Assembly (NCBI GenBank): GCA_965238175.1
Contig: CBDEGZ010000003.1
Location: forward strand, 672,001-736,000
Origin: Gammaproteobacteria bacterium
GTDB taxonomy: Bacteria > Pseudomonadota > Gammaproteobacteria > CAJXQU01
DNA length: 64,000 nt
Direction of reading: 5' to 3'
Part shown: piece after piece, positions 45,024 to 55,269 of the stretch
How positions within the stretch are numbered: position 1 is the stretch's first letter
How the letters are laid out: the number at the start of each line of letters is the position of its first letter
Program-made: the position numbers and the translations under genes
The notes under the pieces: model-generated
The model's database searches: none
The model's input: only the letters and a program-made list of their open reading frames with translations
Told to the model about the DNA's origin: nothing

Positions 45024-46445
45024 GTGAGCAAAACTCGCATATTATTTGTTGACTTGGATAACACGCTGACCCGGTCAGATCTTCTGCTCGAACCACTGTT
45101 ACGTTTGCTGAAAAAAGATCCTGCCATCATTTTTTTATTGCCATTATGGTTGTTTCATGGGCGTGGTTATTTCAAAAAACAACTGTCAGATCGAGCTGAA
45201 TTTGATGTTAGCGAAATTCAATACGATCAAAAAGTACTGGATTATTTAACAGAACAAAGGGATGCTGGCCGAAAAATTGTTCTTGCAACTGCCTCGAACC
45301 AAGCTTTTGCTGATCAGATTGCAAAGCATCTCGGTTTATTTGATCACGTCATAGCATCTTCTGCTGATCATAATACCAAAGGTAAAAATAAACTCGCAGC
45401 AATGAAGCGTTATGCGGGAGGGCAACTTTTTGATTATATTGGTGATAGCCATGCTGATATTCATATATGGGCGCATATTCAAAGTGCGCTTGTTGTTTCA
45501 CCGCAACCCGGTGTTTTGCAGCGCCTAAATAAAGCCTCTATTCCAGTAGAATTACTTAACGCTGCACCTATAAGTGAAGTTTATTTAAAAGCATTACGTC
45601 CGTGGCAGTGGCTTAAAAACAGCCTTATTTTTGTTCCTCTTGTTTTAGCAAAACAGTTATTTGATCCGGCATCAATAGGCGCATGTATCACGGCATTTAT
45701 CGGTTTTTGCCTGATTGCCTCTGCGGGATACCTTGTCAATGATTTGTTAGATTTGGAGTCGGATCGCCGGCATCCACGAAAAAGATATCGTTCACTTGCT
45801 GCTGGTGTTTTGTCGTTATGGAACGTCGTTATTTTGGTAATGGTGTTACTGTTTGCAGGGCTGAGTTTATCGTGGTTTGTTTCTGGTCAGTTAGCACTAC
45901 TTTTGTTGATTTATTTTCTAATGGTGACAGCCTACTCACTAGAACTAAAACAATATGCTTTGGTTGATGTTATTTTGATTGCGGGATTTTATACCGCAAG
46001 AATTCTCGCTGGAGGCTTTGCCGCCGATGTAGAAATTTCATTCTGGCTTTTAGCGTTTTCAATCTTTATATTTTTAAGTCTTGCCTTATTAAAACGATGT
46101 ACCGAGATCAAAATGACGACACGTGACAAGGATGATCTTTTACCCGGAAGAGGTTACTTTGAAAAAGATGAACAAATCTTGTCGGTCATGGGTATTACCA
46201 GCGGTTATCTTTCCGTCGTGGTGATTGCATTCTATATTAATAGTCTGGAAGTAACGACACTCTATAACTCTCCACAGAGTTTGTGGCTTGTTTGTCCGTT
46301 GGTTTTATACTGGATTAGTAGAATGTGGTTAAAAACTAGTCGAAATGAAATGGACGACGATCCTCTGGTTTTTGCAATGCGCGATAAGGTAAGCTGGGGC
46401 ACGAGTATTTTATTGTTCTCTACCATATTACTAGCAACAGTATAA
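45024..46445 (+). CDS. HAD-like + UbiA-family polyprenyl-phosphate phosphoribosyltransferase
   Basis: VDLDNTL N-terminal domain; RPWQWLKN, NDLLD..SDRRHP, DDPLVFA. Confidence 0.9.
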   Translation: MSKTRILFVDLDNTLTRSDLLLEPLLRLLKKDPAIIFLLPLWLFHGRGYFKKQLSDRAEFDVSEIQYDQKVLDYLTEQRDAGRKIVLATASNQAFADQIAKHLGLFDHVIASSADHNTKGKNKLAAMKRYAGGQLFDYIGDSHADIHIWAHIQSALVVSPQPGVLQRLNKASIPVELLNAAPISEVYLKALRPWQWLKNSLIFVPLVLAKQLFDPASIGACITAFIGFCLIASAGYLVNDLLDLESDRRHPRKRYRSLAAGVLSLWNVVILVMVLLFAGLSLSWFVSGQLALLLLIYFLMVTAYSLELKQYALVDVILIAGFYTARILAGGFAADVEISFWLLAFSIFIFLSLALLKRCTEIKMTTRDKDDLLPGRGYFEKDEQILSVMGITSGYLSVVVIAFYINSLEVTTLYNSPQSLWLVCPLVLYWISRMWLKTSRNEMDDDPLVFAMRDKVSWGTSILLFSTILLATV

Positions 46446-46506
46446 TGTATCGTAGGAAGGACTAAATAACAGGTCAAATAATAGGCCGAACAATAGGAAG
46501 CGTATA

Positions 46507-47817
46507 TTGAAAAATGATCACACATCTTGGGGTTTAACTGGGCAGAAAAGCAGTAAAATTCATCAAATAAAATGGCGAACTGACAAATTACCAGAAGTAA
46601 AAGATGAAAGTTCATTACTGGCCTATGGTAATGGACGCTCCTATGGAGACTCGTGCCTGAATAAAGAAGGCATGACGCTTGATACAAAAGCATTAAATCA
46701 CCTGATCGCATTTGATGAAAAATCACATATTCTTCGTTGTGAAGGTGGTGTTTTATTAGCTGATATTCTCGAAAATTATGTGTCAAGGGGTTGGTTTATT
46801 CCCGTTACGCCAGGAACTAAATTTGTAACGATTGGGGGCGCTGTCGCCAATGATGTGCATGGTAAAAATCATCACCGTCGTGGTTCATTTGGAAATCATT
46901 TAATCAGACTATGCTTACGCAGATCTGACGGAGAAACGATTGTTTGTTCTCGTACTCAGAACCCGGAATTATTTAGTGCAACGATCGGCGGCCTTGGTTT
47001 AACCGGACTCATCTTATGGGTCGATATGTTATTAATGCCTATAGATTCTTCATCAATGGTTGTTGAAACAACAAGATTTGAAAACTTGGCTCAATTTTTC
47101 GAATTGACGAAAGCTTCTGAGTGGAAGTTTGAATACAACGTTGCCTGGATTGATTGTGCTTCTAGTAATGTTATGGGGCGTGGAATTTTTATGCAAGCAA
47201 ACCATTGTGCAATATCAATGAATGATCATAAAAAAAACAAATCCACACGAACTAAAAGTTTGCCATTTAATTTGCCCAGTTTTGTAGTAAATAATGTAAC
47301 AAGTAAGTTGTTTAATAAAATCTACTACAATGCCCATCCTCCTAGTGTTTTGGAACAGGTAATAGACTATAACAAGTTCTTTTATCCACTAGACAAAATT
47401 GTAAACTGGAATCGTCTGTATGGAAAAAAAGGTTTCTTTCAATATCAGTGTGTTGTGCCGTTCGAAGATGGTAAAGAAACTATTCAAACAATACTTAATG
47501 AAATTGAGAAAAGTGGAATTGTTTCACCATTGGCGGTGATCAAAACGTTTGGTGATATTGAATCAAAAGGGATGATGTCGTTTCCTCGAAAGGGGGTAAC
47601 ACTGGCGATGGATTTTCCGAATAAGGCACCATCGGATTTGAGCCTGTTTGATCGTTTTGATGATTTGGTCGCGGAAGCAGGAGGTGCAGTTTATCCAGCA
47701 AAAGATGCACGTATGAAAGCAGAAAATTTCCGTCGATTTTTCCCTAAGGTAGATGAGTTTGTGGAATATATTGATCCGGCATTTTCATCAAGTTTCTGGC
47801 AAAGGGTGATGGGATGA
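46507..47817 (+). CDS. DprE1-like FAD oxidoreductase
   Basis: GNGRSYGD, VTPGTKFVTIGGAVANDVHGKNHH, QYQ, YPAKD. Confidence 0.9.
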   Translation: MKNDHTSWGLTGQKSSKIHQIKWRTDKLPEVKDESSLLAYGNGRSYGDSCLNKEGMTLDTKALNHLIAFDEKSHILRCEGGVLLADILENYVSRGWFIPVTPGTKFVTIGGAVANDVHGKNHHRRGSFGNHLIRLCLRRSDGETIVCSRTQNPELFSATIGGLGLTGLILWVDMLLMPIDSSSMVVETTRFENLAQFFELTKASEWKFEYNVAWIDCASSNVMGRGIFMQANHCAISMNDHKKNKSTRTKSLPFNLPSFVVNNVTSKLFNKIYYNAHPPSVLEQVIDYNKFFYPLDKIVNWNRLYGKKGFFQYQCVVPFEDGKETIQTILNEIEKSGIVSPLAVIKTFGDIESKGMMSFPRKGVTLAMDFPNKAPSDLSLFDRFDDLVAEAGGAVYPAKDARMKAENFRRFFPKVDEFVEYIDPAFSSSFWQRVMG

Positions 47818-48551
47818 AGAAATTTTTGATTATCGGTGCTTCATCGGCTATTGCACAGGCAACAGCAAAACTGTTTTGTACAAATAATTCTGAGTTTTAT
47901 TTGGTAGGGCGAAACCGGCAGAAATTAGATATTGTGAAAGATGATTTACTTGCGCGTGGCGCAAACAAAGTCGATATTGATATCTCTGATCCTGTTCGCC
48001 TTGAAGAAAATGAATTCATTATTTTACGGGCTGAATTGTCGTTAGGTGAAATTGATCTGGCATTAATTGCCCATGGCGATCTTCCCGATCAAAAAGAGTG
48101 CGAAATTACAGCAGAAAAAACCGTAAAATCACTTACCATAAATGGTATTAGTGTTATTTCATTAAGTACGATTATTACGCAGGTTTTTGAGAAACAAAAC
48201 AAAGGGACTTTAGTGGTGCTTTCTTCTGTAGCTGGAGATCGAGGTCGTGCGAGTAATTACATATACGGTGCTGCAAAAAGTAGTGTCAGTACTTTTATGC
48301 AAGGACTGAGTCATAGATTGTACGGAACAAATATAAATGCAATTTTGATCAAGCCAGGTTTTGTTGATACCCCCATGACAGAACAATTTGAAAAAGGTCT
48401 ACTTTGGTCTGATCCAGAAGAAATTGCGGAAGGAATAAAAAAAGCGGTTGAGAAGCGTAAAACTGAAGTCTACCTACCCTGGTTCTGGTGGGGAATAATG
48501 GCTGTGATCAAAAATATTCCGAATATTATCTTTAAACGATTATCTCTCTAG
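47814..48551 (+). CDS. DprE2-like short-chain reductase
   Basis: GASSAIA, SSVAGDRGRASNYIYGAAK, PGFVDTPMT. Confidence 0.88.
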   Translation: MKKFLIIGASSAIAQATAKLFCTNNSEFYLVGRNRQKLDIVKDDLLARGANKVDIDISDPVRLEENEFIILRAELSLGEIDLALIAHGDLPDQKECEITAEKTVKSLTINGISVISLSTIITQVFEKQNKGTLVVLSSVAGDRGRASNYIYGAAKSSVSTFMQGLSHRLYGTNINAILIKPGFVDTPMTEQFEKGLLWSDPEEIAEGIKKAVEKRKTEVYLPWFWWGIMAVIKNIPNIIFKRLSL

Positions 48552-48555
48552 AAAA

Positions 48556-50640
48556 TTAATATCCAATAAGATCCATGGGGTGTGGTTTTGTTAGATCCCA
48601 GGGACTTTCTATTACGAAGGGTTGTGCAAGAAAGTTTAATACATTCTCCGTATTAATTTGATCTTCTAGTAATACTAACGTTGCGATACTTTCTTTTAAA
48701 TTAAGTCTGCGAGCCATTTTTATGGCTTTTTCAATTGAATGAGATGCGGACAGTTTATCACCTGTAGAAAGTTGTGCTGCGGCTAGTGCAACGAGTGCCG
48801 CAATTCTTCCAGAACCTGTTGATGAAGCTAACAATTGTCTTGAGAGATCTAGTGCTTTTTCAGGATTGCGTGATGTTGGTTTGGGGTTTGTGGTAAGTAA
48901 CCAAATCAAGTTTTGTTGTAGCTTGAGATCATTTGGAGAGTAATTGATTAAGCGTTCCAACGTTTCAGAAGCGGTCTGGTATTTTTGATCCGAAAGTTGT
49001 GCGTTATAGAGTAATTTAAGGCCTGTAATCTTTGCTTGAGACGGAATATGACTATTATTTAACCATCGTTCTAGCCATTGCTGAGTGAGGTTGGGTTGTT
49101 TGGTTTTTAGCCCTAAATGTGCCAGTCTGAAGTAAGGGGCTTCATAGTTCTGATCAGCGTTAACGCCACGTACATAGTGTTCTTTAGCCAAATCATACTC
49201 AGCAGATCTTACTTTTTGGTCACCTGCTTCGACATAGGCGTGTGAGATCTTGGTTGCGGTATTTTTACGCATAAATTCAACACTGGCAAAGTCAGTCAAA
49301 GAATTGAATAAGATAAAAGTCAGAGGTAATAGTGCGATAATGAATTTCATCACCTTAGGCAATAAAATCTTATTCCATCGTGTTAAAGCGACAGCAGACA
49401 AGACAAAAATTATTGGTGCGGCAGGTAATCGATAACGAGCTGAATAATGAAATAATACACATGCAATAATTGTTGTTGCTAATATAGCTAGTTCCGGCGT
49501 ATTTCGATGGAAATTTTTGATCAGAATCAAAATACCTAAAAAAGCTAAGCCCATTAACCAAGGTAGTTCAATGGGGCTGAGTTTTGCCCATTGATAAAGA
49601 CCGTGTTCTTGTTCTAGTGAAAGAACGGAAATATTGTCGTAATCCTGGGAGCTTAAAAACCAGTAAAATTTTTTCAGTAGTAATTGCGTACTTTTTAGTG
49701 GTTGATCAAAAATAAAATCGATAGCTTGTTCCTTAAAATAATTATCAATTGTTTTCCAGCTAGCATCTAAACTCTTGGCTTGAATGTATACATTTTTAGC
49801 ATCTTCAAACATGTGCTGTCGATCAGTTCTTATTCCATTGATAGGTGTAATAATACCGGTGGCATTTTTGTTATTTCCTTGTAATAAATTGATGCCCGAA
49901 TTAGCGCTGACGAGAATAAATTCCCCATCGGTTTTATAGTTGTGAAAGGTAACAGGACTGATAATTAAAAGGCCAGACAAGATCCCGACGAAACTATAGA
50001 AAAGTTTTTTTTGTAGTGAAATATTTCCAATAAAAAATAACCACAGAGCATAGCCTATCAATAATAGTTGTGCTGGTGGCCAGGTGAGAACGAGTAAGCC
50101 AATCATCGCTCCGGTAATCATTATTTGAGTTAAAGCTTGGTTTGTTCGATATTGTTCAGGATGATCTGATAATCGTGTCCATAAGAACCAAACTAAGGTG
50201 ATCAAAAATATTTGGATAGAGTCTGCCATGACTCTGGTAAAAGTCATGGTTGGTTCTTCAGCAAAGATAAATAAGCTAGCTGCGATTAATCCTGCACTTT
50301 TTCCAAAGCGTCTTTTTGTGCCTATGGCGAGTAGTAAGATTGATGCTAATCCTAACAAAAGCTGGATCAAATAAACATTAAATAAAGTACCACCTAGCCA
50401 ACGAACAAGCCCTAGTAAATATGGAAAAAGTGGTGCAGACAAGAAAGGTGTTTCTTCGATCCAATTACCTGCTGCTTTAGCGCCAGCCATCACCCAGTAA
50501 ACCCAATCATCTGAAAAGAAAACTTGTGAAAATGGATTATGGTTTAGAAATTCGCAAAGAATAACCGCACGAGTTACAAGCGCGATGGTCATGAGAATAG
50601 TTAAATAGAAAAAAAATGAATGCTTGTTTTTCAAGAACAT
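48556..50640 (-). CDS. GT-C (ArnT/PMT-like) glycosyltransferase with C-terminal TPRs
   Basis: TM1 + SDD..Y, PLFPY, N.GINL..GNN, RYRLP, followed by helical repeats. Confidence 0.8.
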   Translation of the reverse strand: MFLKNKHSFFFYLTILMTIALVTRAVILCEFLNHNPFSQVFFSDDWVYWVMAGAKAAGNWIEETPFLSAPLFPYLLGLVRWLGGTLFNVYLIQLLLGLASILLLAIGTKRRFGKSAGLIAASLFIFAEEPTMTFTRVMADSIQIFLITLVWFLWTRLSDHPEQYRTNQALTQIMITGAMIGLLVLTWPPAQLLLIGYALWLFFIGNISLQKKLFYSFVGILSGLLIISPVTFHNYKTDGEFILVSANSGINLLQGNNKNATGIITPINGIRTDRQHMFEDAKNVYIQAKSLDASWKTIDNYFKEQAIDFIFDQPLKSTQLLLKKFYWFLSSQDYDNISVLSLEQEHGLYQWAKLSPIELPWLMGLAFLGILILIKNFHRNTPELAILATTIIACVLFHYSARYRLPAAPIIFVLSAVALTRWNKILLPKVMKFIIALLPLTFILFNSLTDFASVEFMRKNTATKISHAYVEAGDQKVRSAEYDLAKEHYVRGVNADQNYEAPYFRLAHLGLKTKQPNLTQQWLERWLNNSHIPSQAKITGLKLLYNAQLSDQKYQTASETLERLINYSPNDLKLQQNLIWLLTTNPKPTSRNPEKALDLSRQLLASSTGSGRIAALVALAAAQLSTGDKLSASHSIEKAIKMARRLNLKESIATLVLLEDQINTENVLNFLAQPFVIESPWDLTKPHPMDLIGY

Positions 50641-50643
50641 TTT

Positions 50644-51129
50644 TTATTTCCACTTATTTAAGAATTCTAGAAAACGTTGTTCAGAAAACGTACCCTTTTC
50701 TAATAATGGAGAAAGATCACCTGAAAACAGAATGGAACCTTTTGTGTTAGTAATGTAGACATGCGGATAACCGTCTACTTCCGGCATACTCGACATGAAT
50801 TTTTTATTCTTATTGGCTTCACTAACGTTTACTTTTAGTAAAATAAAGTGATCGTATAAGGTTTGTTTTACATGTGGATGATCATTAATAAACTGATCGA
50901 GAATATGGCACCACTGACACCAGTCACCACCAATTTCGATCAGCACTTTTCTATTCGTTTGTTTGGCATACAACAATGCATTTTCGCCATCAATAAAAGG
51001 ATCTCTTGAAGGACTGTACTCAATACTATATCGAGGAATAGCGAAAGGATTCATCTCTAATGCGAAAGTCGATATATTTGCAGTAAGGAGAATGATGAAA
51101 AAAAATATTTTTTTTGTGCAAAAAACCAT
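50644..51129 (-). CDS. Exported thioredoxin-family protein
   Basis: GGDWCQWC and GYP; signal peptide from ATG 51129. Confidence 0.85.
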   Translation of the reverse strand: MVFCTKKIFFFIILLTANISTFALEMNPFAIPRYSIEYSPSRDPFIDGENALLYAKQTNRKVLIEIGGDWCQWCHILDQFINDHPHVKQTLYDHFILLKVNVSEANKNKKFMSSMPEVDGYPHVYITNTKGSILFSGDLSPLLEKGTFSEQRFLEFLNKWK

Positions 51130-51151
51130 AGCGTTTATTATACGACAATAG

Positions 51152-52937
51152 TCAATGCTGTAAGGATCCATAAAATTTGGAATAGAGTCCATCACCCTGT
51201 ATCAGATCTTTATGGGTTCCTTCTTCGATTATTCTTCCGTCGTCAAAGACATAAGCGCGATCAGCTTGTCGGACAGCAGAAAGACGGTGTGCAATGATTA
51301 GAGTTGTCCTACCTTGCAGGAATTCACTCAAGGCATCGTGCAATTTAGATTCAGTTTCAGCATCTAGCGCTGAAGTTGCCTCATCGAGAATAACCACTTT
51401 TGGATCACCTAAAAGCATTCGAGCAATGGCAAGGCGTTGTCGCTGTCCTCCAGAAAGACGCACCCCCTGTCGGCCAACAACCGTATCTAACAGGTTTGGC
51501 ATCTCTTTAACTGTATCGATTAGTTGAGCTACTTCTAATGCTTTCCAAAGCTGATCATCATCCAACTCTCGACCTAAGGTAAGATTCATTTTCACCGTGT
51601 CATTGAAGAGGGTGGGATGTTGTAAAACCGTTGTGACATGATCACGAACTACATCAAGTCCAATTTCTGAGGTTGGGATCCCATCAAATAATATATCGCC
51701 TGAATGTGGTGTGTAGAGTCCGAGGATGACTTGAACTAATGTCGACTTGCCACCACCAGAAGCACCCACTAAAGCCACTTTATCACCAGGGTTTATGTTT
51801 AAACTAACACCATTTAAGACAGGCTCTTCACCATATGAAAAGGTAACGTCGTGGATTTCTACGCCGACAGTATGTTTCTCTGTAAATGGATTTTGATTAT
51901 GTGAATATTGTGGTTCATCTTTTAGTGAGAGTAGATTATTGATCCGTGCTAAGGCAGCATTGGCGGAGAACCAGGAGTATTGAATACCAAGTATTTCTTG
52001 TACAGGCCCCATCATAAACCATAAGTAACCAAATACAGCTAACATTTGACCTATGCTGAGATCAGAATAAACAACCATAAACATACTGATAGCGCGAAAG
52101 AGATCAAAACCAAAAAGGAAGATCAAAAAGGATGCACGACCGGCAGCATCACTTTTCCATGAAAATGCAGCTGTATGTGTGCGGATGTCGCGGGCACTTT
52201 TGGCAACGCGCGCAAGGTAATGTTTTTCACGATTGTTAGCACGGATCTGCTGAATCCCATCCAGGGTTTCTGTTAATGTTTGTTGGAAAATTTCGAAAGC
52301 AGAATTCTCTTGTCGCTTGAGTTCTTTGACTTTTTTCCCAAGCTTCATAGTGAAATAGATCACCAATGGGTTTAACAATAAAATAAATAGTGCCAGTTGC
52401 CAATGCATCCATATCAAGACCGCTGTTATACCCATCAAAGTAAGCGTTGCGACCAGAAACTTAGACAGTGCCGTACCAATAAAATCATCAATAGCATTTA
52501 AATCCGGTAATAAAATGCGACGTGACAGTACCGCTACCTAAGGTCTCATATTCCGACATAGCAATCCGTGATAGACGATCGAGCATTTGTTGCCGAATTC
52601 GATAGACAACGTCCTTAGATACAAGTGAAAAATTGCGTGCCTGCCAGACATTTAATAATACTGAGAACATGCGTAAGCAAACCGTAACAATTGAGATTGT
52701 AATAATGTAAAGGCCAGGCTGATGCAGTGAGTCAGGAAAAAAACCATCTATTAGCGTAGTTAAGGATCCAGGTTTTTCTAATAATACTTGATCGACTAAT
52801 AAAGGCATCAATAGAGGTAGTGGGACACTGGCGAGTGCAGCGACTAGTGCAATTATATTTGCCGCAATAAGCTCACGTTTATGTTCGCGAGCTATGTTTA
52901 AAATGTACGACCAGGAATATTTTTGTGGAGCTGTCAT
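51152..52937 (-). pseudogene. ABC exporter (permease + ATPase) split by a 1-nt frameshift near 52505
   Basis: HFIT/(extra G)/DLNAIDDFIGT rejoins the two ORFs; GASGGGKST, LSGGQRQR, LDEAT. Confidence 0.85.
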
Positions 52938-52940
52938 TGA

Positions 52941-53198
52941 TCAATTATCGTTATTTTTTTTATTTGAGTTTATTTTGATCATTGCCATTATTCCTATCAA
53001 TATCCAAACTATATTGAGCCCGACAGATGGGAGAGCTCCATAATAATAAGCATTTAAACCAATGAAAATCGCAGCGACAATATTGATGAGTTGGAAGAGG
53101 TTTGTTTGTCCTTCGATCTTGCCATTTGAGACAAGATAATAACCTGTGACGACCAGAATCATCCCGATCCAGCCACAGATGTCCAAAGCAAGTTTCAT
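52941..53198 (-). CDS. CBU_0592-like 3-TM protein
   Basis: GWIG...Y..V, FQLIN, LNIVW. Confidence 0.7.
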   Translation of the reverse strand: MKLALDICGWIGMILVVTGYYLVSNGKIEGQTNLFQLINIVAAIFIGLNAYYYGALPSVGLNIVWILIGIMAMIKINSNKKNNDN

Positions 53199-53367
53199 GG
53201 TGTTCTCCCTGAGTGTTTTTTTTGATCGTTACGGATCAAGAAATTATACGTCAGAAAGAGGTAAGAATTATGTTTTTTTACTGCTATTGAGAGGTAGGGA
53301 AGAGAAATTTTACGAAAAGGTTTTCGATGGCATCAACGATTCTACTAATCAGGATCGCTTAATATTT

Positions 53368-55245
53368 TTAAGTTTTAACCATTACTTCCATCGGTTCTGT
53401 ATCTATAGCTTTTTTTTCTTCCGAGAATTTTTCCTGACTTACTGGTAGCCAGATCTGAAACTCAGTACCTTCACCGACAGTGCTTTGCACTTCGATTTTA
53501 CCATGGTGATCCTCAACAATTCCGTAAGAAAGAGAGAGACCAAGACCTGTTCCTTCACCAACAGGTTTGGTTGTAAAGAAGGGATCAAATAAATGTTTCA
53601 TATCTTTTTCTTTTATCCCTTTTCCAGAATCTTTGATGGTAATGCAAACCATATCGTCTACATGTCGGGAAGTAATGTGAATTTTACCAAAGTCTTCTAT
53701 GGCTTGAGCGGCATTTACGAGGGTATTCATAAACACTTGGTTAACTTGGGAAGGCATACATTCTATTGGCGGAAGCTCACCATAGGCTTTGGTAACCTCC
53801 GCTTTAAATTTAATCTCATTGTGAGCAACATTAAGCGTGCTATCTAGTCCCTTATGTAGATCAACGGTCTCCCATTCAGCTCTGTCCATATGAGAAAATG
53901 TTTTTAGATCGATAACAATATTTTTAACACGCTCAAGGCCTTCAGCAGACTCTTCAAGTAGAGAAATGATATCTTCCTCAATAAATTCGATTTCAATATC
54001 TTGCTTATAATCCTTAATTAGTTTCAGAATATTGGAATCACTATCGATAGTGTTTTCGAAATTGGAATACTTGGATATGAGAGTCAGTAATTGTTCAACA
54101 TATTCTTTTAATGAGCCAATGTTTGAATTAATAAACCCTATAGGATTATTAATTTCATGTGCGACACCGGCTGCAAGATTACCAATAGAGGCCATTTTTT
54201 CGGATTGTAAAAGTTGAGCTTGAGCACTTTTTAATTCGCTTATTAATTTTTCTTGCTCGTTTTTTTCTTCTTTTAAAGAAGCTTCAAGTAATTTCTGTTC
54301 TGTGATGTCGATCATGACTCCGTGCATGCACTTATTTTTTTTATCATTTTCGCTAATTGAAAAGAGATCACGGATCCAAATTGTTTCCCCATCACCTTTT
54401 AGCATCCGATATTCTATTTCTTGTTCATTAGTTAGCTCTTCAATATCGGAAAAATAATTTAATGTGGCCTTTTTATCATCTGGATGAAGGTGGTCTAACC
54501 AAAAGGATTCTTGAGTACAACTTTCCTGAGACATACCAAATACTTTTTCAACCTGAGGGCCAATATAGGTTGGGATCATCGAAGGCAATTCCATTTCCCA
54601 AGGGATGACTAGAGAACCTTCAAGCATTAAACGATAGCTTTGTTCTCTTTCTTTTAATTGTTCTTCAAACTCTACTCGCTTGGAAATATCAGTCAAGGAA
54701 CCAATAATCAAAGAGGCCTCACCAGTTTCCTCATCTGTTATTATCTGTAGAGTGTTATGCATCCATAAATAAGAACCATCTTTTTTCTTGAAACGAAGAT
54801 CGTAATGTTGTTTTTTTTCTTCCCATAAAAATGGTAGCCTAGAAAACATTTCCATACGATCATCAGGATGGATATGATCAAACCAGAAATCGGCCTCTTC
54901 TAATACTTCAGAAACTTCATGGCCAAGAATTTTTTTGATGGTTTGGTTAATGTAGGTAATCCTGAAATCACCTGACGCAACACTGGCATAGGTAATAGCA
55001 GGAGTATTGTCGATCAGTTGACGGAGTTCCTCAGTGCTGGTCGTTTGATCATTACCAGATTGACCTTCGATGGAATGCTCTTCAGCAGTTAGAACACCAG
55101 GAAGACTTTTCTCTTTATCTAACTGTGCTGTAACAAGTTCGAGGATCGTAATGGCATCACTTTTGACTTCGAGAGAAACGGGATCCTGACAAAGGTCATT
55201 CAGTAATAAAATCTGAGATTTTATGCGCTCTAAATTATCGGTCAT
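53368..55245 (-). CDS. Cytoplasmic PAS-PAS sensor histidine kinase
   Basis: Two HPDD PAS domains, AHEINNP, NQVFMN, PFFTTK..G.GTGLGL. Confidence 0.93.
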   Translation of the reverse strand: MTDNLERIKSQILLLNDLCQDPVSLEVKSDAITILELVTAQLDKEKSLPGVLTAEEHSIEGQSGNDQTTSTEELRQLIDNTPAITYASVASGDFRITYINQTIKKILGHEVSEVLEEADFWFDHIHPDDRMEMFSRLPFLWEEKKQHYDLRFKKKDGSYLWMHNTLQIITDEETGEASLIIGSLTDISKRVEFEEQLKEREQSYRLMLEGSLVIPWEMELPSMIPTYIGPQVEKVFGMSQESCTQESFWLDHLHPDDKKATLNYFSDIEELTNEQEIEYRMLKGDGETIWIRDLFSISENDKKNKCMHGVMIDITEQKLLEASLKEEKNEQEKLISELKSAQAQLLQSEKMASIGNLAAGVAHEINNPIGFINSNIGSLKEYVEQLLTLISKYSNFENTIDSDSNILKLIKDYKQDIEIEFIEEDIISLLEESAEGLERVKNIVIDLKTFSHMDRAEWETVDLHKGLDSTLNVAHNEIKFKAEVTKAYGELPPIECMPSQVNQVFMNTLVNAAQAIEDFGKIHITSRHVDDMVCITIKDSGKGIKEKDMKHLFDPFFTTKPVGEGTGLGLSLSYGIVEDHHGKIEVQSTVGEGTEFQIWLPVSQEKFSEEKKAIDTEPMEVMVKT

Positions 55246-55269
55246 TTTTAATCCTCAACTTGTCTCTAG

